This document shows positions 1 to 11,800 of a stretch of 64,000 nt of DNA, piece after piece (position 1 is the stretch's first letter; every line of letters starts with the position of its first letter). Source of the stretch: Chrysomallon squamiferum (taxonomy: Eukaryota > Animalia > Mollusca); assembly GCA_012295275.1 (NCBI GenBank), contig CM022665.1:26164001-26228000 (forward strand). Direction: 5' to 3'. The notes beneath the pieces were generated by a model. It did not search any database, was not told the origin of the DNA, and was given only the letters and a program-made list of their open reading frames with translations. The position numbers were made by a program, and so were the translations under genes.

Positions 1-3000
1 TGAAAAGTTGCTTTACATTTATCAGCAATCATTTTTGCAATAGCAAGTGATGATGTAGCTCCTGGTGATGGAGCATTTCTAACATGAATAATATTTTTTC
101 CCAGTTGTCCTGAGCCACTATCAAAGATAAAATCTTCAATTAAATTGCCGTCGCTATCCACAGCTTGAGCCCGCACACCTGTCAGGCCTCTAAAGTAACA
201 AACAAATTATATACATAAATGACATTAAATGTTTTAGTTGTGAGTGTTGGTCTCTCTCTATCTCTCTCTCTCTCTCTCTCTCTGTGTATTCAAATTATAA
301 TGGAAACAAGTTTATTTTAAAAAATGATTTCACTAAAAGTAATAAAACATTTCAATAATGAATTTTTTTCTAAACTTCTTAACATTATGCTTGTAAATAA
401 TTTTTAAATAAATATTTAAAACATTTATTCAAAGCATTTATTTATTATATTTCATCTACATTGATAAGTTGAAAATAAATTTTTATAATAGTTTTTGTTA
501 TATATGTGTATAAAGATATTTATATTATAGATTTTAAATTCAATCTTTCAAAGATCTTACTTCCTGACATCTTTCAGACTGAGAGACGGTATATATCTCT
601 GAAGCTGTTTAACCTGTGCTGAATAGAAAATGCCTTTGTACATCTCCTCAGCCCCATACATCAGATTACGTAAAGCCAGTTTCCTCAAACCACTACAAGT
701 AAACAAATTATGAAGCTAAAACAAATCATTCCTGAAAGGTGATTTCCTCTTCACTTTCTTTTTTTATTATTTCTTTTGTGTTTTAGAAATTTCAATAATG
801 AGATGTATTATATCAATATTCTTTACAACATGACACTACCAAAATTCTTGTAGATGTAGTAGTATGGTTATTCTTTCTCATGCAAGAAAACTATTACAAC
901 TTAAATATCTGTAAATATACAATACATTAAATATTTACTTTTGAGACACTTCATTAGTGCTCTAGCTCAGAAGGTATCATACATACTTAAACATTAATAA
1001 CAGCATGTGAACAGCTTTAATAATTAAGCATGGTATTCGATTAGCAGAATCTGAAACCACTGATTTTATAGCATGATAGTTAATTAAAAGAGTTAGCATG
1101 AAATTGACATACTCCAAACTAAATTAAACAAGCACACCTGTAGCTTAAAGCATCAACCATGTCAGTAATACTGAGCTGCAGGTAACCATAACCTTCTCTC
1201 TTGAAAGCAAGGACAGCATTAGGTCCCAGCAAAACTTTGCCATCCATGCGTGGAGTGAAGTGAACTCCAAGAAACGGGAATCGAGGATCAGGTACCTTTA
1301 TAGAAAAATAATAATAAATATTTTATATCAATAAGGCTATTTATTCTTCATCTTCTTTGAGATCAAAACTAATAAAGTAAATTCATATTTATCTCTTTTT
1401 TTTATCTAGGATGAAAAAAAACATTTGAAAAAGATTTTCATAAAAATGTTCATGCACTTGAGTTCAGAATGAAGTATTTTATAAGCAAATAAAAAGTTAA
1501 CTTCTCAAAAGTATAAAAATTCAATATTTTTCACTTACTGGATAAATATTCCCTCTGACAAGATTACATTTCTCTGGTACCAACTCTAGATATTCTCCCC
1601 TGAATGGAAGAATTCTTGGATCATGTTTACATCCTGACATCTGAGCCAGCCTATCAGAATGAAGACCTCCACATGTGACTACATACTTGCATTTGATTGG
1701 AGTATTCTGAATTACAAATAAGGTATCTGTCATAAAACAATTTAACTGTCCAATGAGTTTAGATCAAAAATTATTTATCACAGCCATCTGACTCAATATT
1801 AATGCTGGGTATCATTTTTAAATGGTTTAATAATAAAATCTGATCTGTCCATCTTGTCTTTACAATTACAGTATCACCAGAACGGCCTTATTTAAGATTC
1901 AAAACAATATTAAAAACAATTTAAAATGTTCACACTTTTCAGGAAATTTCACCTCTGCTGACTTGCCAAATATGGTTATAGGAAAGTTTATTCCATCGTG
2001 GCTTCCAGGCTTGCCTTCTTTGGTGGAAGTAAAACCCTTTACTTCATAGTTGGTATAAATTTTTCCTCCAAGCAGCTCAAATGTCTTGCCATAACTCCTA
2101 GTTACACGGCCCCAGTCAATAATACCAGTATGAGGTGAATGAATAGCTTTGAGTCCCTGGAAAATTCATTTGAAAAAGGCAAATCAAAATGAATGGGGTT
2201 TTTGGTTGTTATTTTTTTCATAATAATTTAACACACTAATTCTGATGATTTTTAAATGTAATGAATGTGATTTTGTTATAATTTAGAATAATGACATTGC
2301 CATTAAACGGGCTTCTAACACTGATTAGCAATAAAAATGTTTTAGATGTCCATTTCACAGAGATATGACACTGCTTTTGATAATCAGTTTTATAGCACAG
2401 GTCAGAACAGAAAACTGCACTCTCAGACAAACAATGTAACTACGAAACAATAACTGGATTCAATTTATGTCTTAGACAAATTTATTTTATCAACAGGTTT
2501 AACCAATGTAATGACTGAAAAAACTAAATCAAGACATTTATCAAAATATTTTCCTAGTGAAGTGTACAAATATAGATCATTAAACTCAAGTATAAAAAAT
2601 GTTGGTGGCTTACCTTACAGTTTGGTTCAATTTCTTTGATTTCATTTGATCCAATGATACGTAGATCTTTAACATTGTTCTTTAAACCTCTTTCATACAG
2701 CCTGTCAAGTCTGGGAATCTCCTGAGGTCTGACAGCCACTATTAACTAAAAAAAATACAAAGATAGCTGTGTAACTCTGAAGCATTAAAACAATCATTTA
2801 TTCAGCACCAAACACCATTGTATCTAGATAATTATTAAAGTGACAAAAGAACATAAAACATAGGCTGCAAAGAATACTGAAGAAGAAAAAAATAAATTTA
2901 CGATTAAAAATGTTAACAATAAACATTAATTAATAATGAATGTTAACTTTTAAACTATGTATTTACATAAAGCATTAACATCACAGTCATACTAAAAGTA

Positions 3001-4524
3001 TCTTTTTATTATTTGATTTGGTGAATGTTGTTTAATCTTATTTGACATCTAAATAATAAGTCCTGTCCAAGTAAAACTGTTAAATCTATTTCTGACAATA
3101 AAATGTATGCTTTCAACATTCACTACACACATATTTCTGGTTCTGTCATCTTGACAAATATATTTTATTTGTATAATAACAAACTGTATGTGACAAATAA
3201 ATGGACAAAACATTAATTTTTTTTTTTTAAATTTCAGTATACTAGAAATCATTTTCAATAAATCACAAAAGGAGAATGCTGTTTAACAATAAATATTTTA
3301 AAATGTTCAGATTTAGTTTTCCTTATTATGTTATCTCTATGTATGCACATGTGTAAATGCATGTTTATATATGTTGTGCATGTGTGAATAAATAATAAGT
3401 GTATGTTGGCAGGTAAGTAGCTCTCTCTCTCTATATATATATGCAGAGGTTTGAAAGTATGTAAGTACCCACTACCATGACAGACCTTTCCACACTTTTT
3501 GTATGGCACTCCAAACTCATCACAGTACTGGTAGGTTAGATTCAAACCTTCAACACACAGTTTGGCTCTGAGAGATTCAGGTGTGTAGTAGATACCTGCA
3601 TGTATCACTCCACTGTTGTGGCCACTCTGATGTGCCGCTACAGTATAAAGAAAAGTTATGTTTAATAATAAAAGCTACAATGCTGTAATACAGTTAAAAT
3701 ATAGAGTAATAATTGCAGGAAACCTCAAAATCATATGCAGTCTTGCAGAGTTGTAATAAAAGCCAATTTAACTGTATATTCAAGATAACCTATTTTTTTT
3801 TTTTTTTTTTCCCCCATTGGATTAATCTTTAAGGAAATATGACACTCTGGTTTTCTGCATCTGTACATAGACTATTTTAATCTGTACCTAAAACATTAAT
3901 ATTTTGTTGATGGGGTTGTTTTATTTTGTTTCTTTGTTTGTTATTGTTGTTATTGATGTTGTTGTTGGGGTTTTTTGTTATTGTTGTTGGTGGTGTTGTT
4001 TTTGGGATGTAACTACATCAGATTCTGTTACATATAAAATAAATCTGTGTCATCATTTATTTTGTTTTGACTGCTGCACGAAACTGAGAAAGAGGTTTAA
4101 AAGGGCAAGATTATTACCCAGTTTATCTTCCTTTTCTACGACTGCCATCGATAGGGTACGATATCTCAGCAATAATTCACGTGCCGTTGCCATACCAACG
4201 ATACCTCCACCAACAACAACAACATCATGTTCATATTTTGATGATCTGCAGTAATTTATAAAAAGAGAAAAATATCAAAGATAATAATAATGACAATTAA
4301 TATTATGTCTAAATTAAAATATTATTTAAGTGTAACCCATAAAGTGCCCCAATTAAGTGTGTACATTCCGTTATAAAATTGTATTATAAAAGGAATTTCT
4401 AAATTATTAAAACTTACTTCGATGACTTTGTATGACAAAAGTTGACACTACTGACCAATTTAATGGACTGTAAGCACCAATATTTTCTGCAAGAACTGTT
4501 TAATAATTGACTAATAGTAGCCAT
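1..4524 (-). CDS. L2HGDH: L-2-hydroxyglutarate dehydrogenase, mitochondrial (9 exons; stop codon just beyond the left edge)
   Basis: Exons 4524-4418, 4245-4118, 3637-3486, 2745-2614, 2156-1953, 1706-1539, 1295-1138, 692-561 and 189-1 all have GT-AG introns with consistent phases. The translation has the FAD-binding motif [18 protein letters not shown] plus [56 protein letters not shown] and GVRAQA...[17 protein letters not shown]. Confidence 0.95.
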
Positions 4525-5248
4525 GTTAAAGGCCAACATTTCCTACCATCTATACATGCTGCCATAAACCGGTCAGAAATGGGGGGCTGCATGGGAGTAG
4601 ATTAAAATAATATTTGTTTCTACGGATCTCGGTCATTTACATGTGTTTTGCCAAAGTTGCTGACAGATACGTGTACATAATACATTAAAAAATGCAGCTG
4701 AATATGTATAAACCGGATTCATAATTTAACCTGCTGCATTTTATTTAAGTTCAACTTTGGGGTTCAACTAACAACGTACTAAAATAAAATTACCCCTCAT
4801 CCCAAATTTATATTATATATAATGAAATAACAAATATCTGGAGGGCTGAAAAATCAAATTGTGATATTTCCTTAACGATTAATGCAATGGAAAAATAATA
4901 AATAAATAAATTATAAATAAATAAATAAATTTGGAATCAAGAATATGCAGTTAAATTTGCTGTTATTACAACCTCTGCATGACTGCATGCCATTTTAAGG
5001 TTTCCTGCACTTTTTACTGTATATTTTAACTGTATGACAGCATTCTAGCTTTATTTAAAATATTTCACTAAAATGGTTGTAGGTGGACTGCTTTATAAAG
5101 AAATTAGTCTTAAATTAAATTTGAGCTGAAATGAAATTAAATATCAGGATATATACTGTATTTCTGAACATCCTGATACCTAATATGTTGGTATTTCATG
5201 GGTGGGGAGTTTGTTGTGTTGTGTTTTTTTTTTTTTTTTTTTTTTTTA

Positions 5249-5290
<42 letters not shown>

Positions 5291-5860
5291 TTAATCAGAT
5301 TCTATTATCTTTCTATTTATTTGGATTTCTTTTCGGTTATTCTACTCTTCTGTATCTCAAAGTTTTTGCTTTTCAGTTCGTCATGGTTAAAATACGGATC
5401 GTTTAATTGTATATGCATGTACACGTCTTATGTTAAAATATACAGAGAAAGTTTTATTTAAGAAAAATATTTTAATGCTATTTTATATTATTTCTATTCA
5501 TCTACATATGCAAGCACTGGATACCGTTTCAAACTTCATAAACACGCATAATAAAGCAGTAGACCTGTGCATCACGGTGAAAATCTGGAATATTTATATG
5601 TGGTCAACATGTAAATTCACATAAATATGCTGCTATAAAATAGAAATGACCGCCTATCACAACCAATCAATAAGCATAGACTTTACGCACCAATGAACGC
5701 GTCAAAACGAAACGACAGGTGATATACTGCAATCTAAAAACAGCACAGCGCGAGAACAGCATTACTGCTATAATTATTAGCTATATGGTGTTCATTACAG
5801 CACTGCAGCTGAAAAGGTTTTAAAAAACCAAAAGTGAAAGGAACTCGACTATGCATAAAC

Positions 5861-6503
5861 ATGCTTCAGAGTAATCACATTTTCGAAGAGGATTTTCTCA
5901 GGAGTGATGTTTCTCATGAAGAATATAAAAATCGTCGATCTTTGGGTGAAAATAATTTTGGGCAAGACATCGTCGATGGTCATGTTGTTCGTCGTAGTAG
6001 ACTCCTGGGGTGGGATGAAGCAGGGAGAAGCAGAGAGCGCCAACGAAATGAACAGGAGTTTGACAAGTTGAGAATAGAATGTCTGAAGAGGAATATTTTA
6101 TACCAGGACCCACAGTTTTTGCCAACTGATACTTCACTGTATTTCAGTAGAAGACCACCGTTTCGATTCGAATGGAAAAGACCTTGGGTGACTCATATTT
6201 TTCAATTTTGTCTTTTGTATAACTAACAATAAAGTACGTTTTCCATGCGTATGGGTAATAAAGCTAACACGTATCCATTACTCTACAAACTAGCACAGTC
6301 TATTGAACATCATGCGTCTAAATTTAGATGTGCTTAGGCTTGTTTGTCGGTGATAAATGATTTTTAATCACAATTTAATAATAAATTATACACATTCTGT
6401 ATTAGCAATAGTTTTGCCCTTATCTGTATCAGTAATTTAGATGTAAATGTATAAGTTAATAAATCTTGAATCTGTTTAGATAAACCTGACATTAAAGTAA
6501 AAT

Positions 6504-6571
<68 letters not shown>

Positions 6572-8781
6572 ATATTATTCTCCTCTATGTAACGTTCCTT
6601 TACAATAATACAGCTATCTGCATGTTTTGCTTTGTAATTCATCATATCTAATTTCCATAAAAATAACATGAATACAGTTCCAGACAGTAGTTTATAATAT
6701 ATTCAAATCGATGTATGAATATAAAGTGTGTGTGTGTGTGTGTGTGCGTGTGTGTGTGTGTGAATACATACATCACAATGTGCATCACAATATTTGAAAT
6801 AATAAAAATGTATTCTTTGGTTACATTTAAACTAATAAACAGAGATAATATGAATCAATGTCTTTGAAAGATTTATGTTTGTATTTTGTTTTGTAATTAT
6901 ATATATATATATTAATAATAATATTTTTTAAACAGGCAAAAAATGACTGACAACTAATATTTAAAATTTCCAGGATATTGCCAAATCATACCGTGCAAGA
7001 CCTGGTTTCTTTGTAGGAGGAATTGACAGATTTGATGTTGTTCAAGGCAGTCTAGGTGAGTTATGTGAGTTAGTCGATCTCAAATAAACTGTTATACTGT
7101 GAGTGTTTACTGGTTTGCGGTAAGTTGTGATGTCGATCGTTTCCGAGCTGGTTGAATTATTAAGCATTGTTTATCGTTTAGTATATATCTATTAGCTTTG
7201 GTAGTTTATTATGCACTGATTTATTATGAAATCCGCATTTCCTGAGCTGGTTAAGTACTGTGTATTGAGAAGTGTGTGTTTATTAGCATTGGTGAATTAT
7301 TATGCACAGTATATTATGGTAAATAAATTTAGCTAGCGGGGTAAGATTAATATGTAAGGTGTATTATCAAATCCAAATTATGAAGTATATATTGACCGAA
7401 CTGACAACTTACTACGTACTGTGTATTATGAAGTATACCTAACTGGTGAATTATTACGCGTTTTGTATTTATGTAATATATGTTTACAGAGCTGGTGAGT
7501 TATTATACACTGATGATGATGAAGAATATGTTTACTAAGCTTCTTAGTTATTATTCGCTATCAGTTATGAAGTGTGTATTTACCGTGCTGTTGAATTATT
7601 ATGCGCTGAGTATTACATAGCGTTTATTTGTCGATCTGGTGAGATATATACTGTGTATTGTGATGTGTGTATTTACCGAGCTGGGAAGTAATTACCCACT
7701 GTGTATTATGAAGTGTGTCGTTACCGAGATGGTGAGTGTATTCCCATGCTGGTGGGTTATGCACTGTGAGTTATGACGTGTGTATTTATGAAGTCGGGTA
7801 AGTTATTAATTACTGTTAATTACGAAGTATGTATTCCTACCTTCTCTGTAGCTTATGAAATGTATATTACAAATTATTAGTCTGAGAGTATTAATATGAA
7901 GTATTTAGTTTCTAGTACTATTTACGTACAATTAACAGAGATAGAGATTTAAAAAAAAAAAAAAAAAAGTAAATGATTATACAGTGTGTATTTGATAAAC
8001 TGAGTGAATTGTTATGCACAATACATTTCCCGGTATAGATTAATTATTAACGTACCAATATCAGTGAGTCATTTAATGTTTATTCACGTAAAGGGATGAG
8101 ATATTATCCTAGTATGTATTTACCAAAGTGACTGAGTCAATAATTATAAAGTGTTTATCAGTATGGATGTATTATTATGAAGTTTAAAATTCAAAGTAAA
8201 TATTTGAGTAAAACAGATCATTCAGGTACGTGTGTTTTCATGAATCACTATATTTATCACCATTAATTTTGTTGAAACTTACGAGTGAGACTTTTCTTAA
8301 TGTTTTACTTGCTCTCTTTCAGTCTTTCTTTTTCTTTTACTTATTTCCTTCTCCTTTTTCTTTTTAAAGATTTTCCTCAGTAAGTTGTCTTTAATAAAGT
8401 AAATATGTTTGGTGAAACAGTTTTCAGTATTTGTTCTGGATAAAAATTCTGAGAGAAAAAAGAAAGTTTTTTAAAGCTTGCTGAAGTAGATCTTTGCTTC
8501 TTCTCAAAATGGTGACTAAATATTTTGTGTTTTTTTCTTTTTTTTTTTTTTTTTTTTTTCTTTCTATGACGATGGATAGATGGTTTTCATACCGTTTGTT
8601 CAATAATTATGGCTGAAACAGTTTGCAAATAACTTTAGGTAAGATCTCTTTTTACTGACGTGTCTGCTAGGTCCTTATTTCCATGCTGGCACATTTAGCG
8701 TTGCTTAAATTATTATATGCTCGGGTCTCGGGTTTGTTTTTGTTTTGTTTTTTGTTGCTGTTGTAGTTGTGATTCTTCCTC

Positions 8782-8818
<37 letters not shown>

Positions 8819-11800
8819 TTTTTTAATTTATTTATTTGTTTATTTATTTATATTTTGTAAAATAATGAGTTATTTTTTAAAATTCTTCTTCTTCTTATTA
8901 TTATTATTATTATTATTTGTTTATTTATTTATTAATATTATTATTATAACTTTTTTTAAATTATTATTATTATTTTTTTGTTGTTGTTGTTAATCTGAAC
9001 TTATATTTTGGTTGTAATTTTTGGCGAATTTTACTAGGTGATACTGTTTATAACAGCTGGTTTACAATGTTAGGAAATACGTTTTGATCATTTCTACCTT
9101 ATGCTACTGGCTAAGATGAATTTTTTAAAGTGTTTAGGAATTATATAATTTATAAATTCATATTGTTTTTAAGATATTTTCAAATAACTGACTATATATG
9201 TGTGTGTGTGTGGGGGTCATTCCGTGTCAAATCAACCAATGGGTTAAACCCGACCGTCTCAGATTTTTATAAAACCTGGTATACTTGTTGACTGGGATCC
9301 CACAGCACCAAATCTGAAATATTAGCCCAATCGGACCAGTGGTGTGGGAGATATGGCCCACCGAATTTTGAGATTTTTGGCAAAAATGGGCGTGACCACC
9401 AACATTAAAACCCCCATATCTCAGGAACTACTGGGCCAATCTTCATAAAATTGGTATTGTTGAAACGGCAATATGACAAGGATTCCAAATATGCCATTTT
9501 TGTTCAGTTTGGAAAATATTGGAGTACACTGACCAATTAAAAGTTTCCTGGGTGTAATATTTTTTGTTTAGCCACAATATAGATTTAGAAAATGCACATA
9601 CATGAAAATAACACCTTTTCAGCCATTAACATCTCAATAACTAAAACCTAGCATCCAGAATTGATCATTCAGGTTTTAGTTAATCAGATGTTAATGGCTG
9701 AAAAGGTGTTATTTTCATGTATGTGCATTTTCTAAATCTATATTGTGGCTAAACAAAAAATATCACACCCAGGAAACTTTATATGTTTTAATTAACATGT
9801 GGAAGATTAAATTTCAATAAAAGTCATCTCAAGGTCACGTGATCCACACGGTCAATTTCAAGGTCATAGCAAAGGTCAAAAGGTCAGTGTACTCCAATAT
9901 TTTCCAGACTGAACAAAAATGGCAGATTTGGAATCCTTGTCATATTGCCTTTTCAACAATACTAATTTTATGAAGATTGGCCCAGTAGTTCTAAGGTTGG
10001 CGGTCACGCCCATTTTTGCCAAACATCTCAAAATTCAGTGTGCCATACCTCCCACACCACTGATCCGACTGGGCTAAAATTTCAGATTTGGTGCTGTGGG
10101 ATCCCAGTCGACAAGTATACCAAGTTTCATAAAAATCTGAGACGGTCGGGTTTAAATTTTTTTTTTTTTTTTTTTTTTTTTGTGTGATTTGACCTGGAAT
10201 GACCCATATATACATATACATACATACATATGTATATATACACACACATATATACATATATACATATATAATTTATATCATATGAATAAATTCAGTAATT
10301 AAATCAATATGTTTATCAATATTTAGTTTTATTATTATATCTAGAAAATTCTAATGAATATACAAAATAAGACTTACTTCAGCCTGGTTATATTTCTGAA
10401 TAACAAATAACATTTAATGAATTGTCATCTAAAACTTTTTTTCTATTTGAGGCGATTGTTGGCTAGTGGCAGCCATTGCCTGTTTGACAGGGCCAGACCA
10501 CCGAGAGCTTTTTTACAAGGTTGTCCCTGGCAACCAGAACTTTGAAGATGGATGGTATTCGGGAATATTTCATTTCAACTTCTGGCATTTTGGAAAATGG
10601 GTAGAAGTCATTGTTGATGATTTGTTGCCCACCTATAAAGGTTATCTTCATTTTATGCATTCAAGACAACAATTTGAATTCTGGCCTGCATTGCTGGAGA
10701 AGGCTTATGCTAAGTTAGTTTTTACTTTGTATTTTTCTCCTTAAATTAACATTATATCTACACTGACACCCACCTTATTTTAAAGGAAAAATTATACACA
10801 GTAATGCAGACCACTTTTTGTCATGCATATTAAATGTGCTGATGTGATATTGTTAATTAAAACAAAACAGTAAAAGTAATAAAGTAGTAACAGAATTAGC
10901 AGTAGGAGTAGTAGTAGCAGAAGACATAGCAGCAGCATCTGCAGGGACAGTAATATTAACAGAAGTACAGAAATAACAGTAATGATTAAAATCATATTAA
11001 TAGTATAATAATAGTAGTAGTAGTGATGTTGGTTGTAGTGTTTTTAGCAGTAGTCAGTAGTAGTTGTTTTTAGTGTCTGTAGAATAATTATAGTTGTAAT
11101 AAAATAATTCCTTCATTAATACATTATACTTTTAATACTGTTTTTAAAAAAAAAAAAAAAAAAAAAAAATTAAATAAAAATATATACTCATGTATATATT
11201 TTTATTTTATTTTATTTTTTAAGCAAAACAGATTTTTGCAGTCTGATTTTTTTATATATATATATATATATATGAGATTTTTTCTCCAGACTCTATGGAT
11301 CATTCGAAGCCCTGAAAGGTGGACACATGACAGACTCTCTAACTGACCTCACAGGTGGACTCACAGAATCATACACTGTTAGAGGGAAGTATGCCAATAT
11401 TCCACACAATATTATTAACATCCTGTTCAAGGCTTTAGACAGACAGTCTCTTATTGGATGTGGAATTAATGTAAGATTTAAGAATGATTTTTGATGTAAA
11501 TAGCAAAAACCTAAATAACAGATATATCTTTTAAATATCCAGATTATGAAAAATAATATAACACCTAGCCAAAATCTAAAAAAAAAAAAAAATATATATA
11601 TATAGATAGATAGATACATAGATAGATAGATAGATAGATAGATACAAATAAACAAAGATACATATATATATATATATATATATATAAACATACAAACACA
11701 TCTTTTCATTCATTAAAACAATTCATTAATTTATTAATTTATTCATTCTGTGTGCTTATTAATTTTATCTTTTATCTGTCTATCCATCCATTTAGTTAAA

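Noticed and set aside
4867-4877. TTTCCTTAAC, a U12 branch-site match
   Set aside because: It lies between divergent genes with no U12 donor upstream and no AG/AC acceptor at the proper distance.
5131-5461. ORFs with poly-F/Y/I/L runs (also 8745, 10792, 14989, 24503, 25514, 30931, 61088, 61327, 62390 and others)
   Set aside because: They are translations of microsatellites and homopolymers, with no splice or homology support.
7056-8180. Repeat array considered as a CRISPR-like repeat-spacer array
   Set aside because: Whole units are degenerate copies of each other with no unique spacers, the context is a eukaryotic intron, and there are no cas genes.
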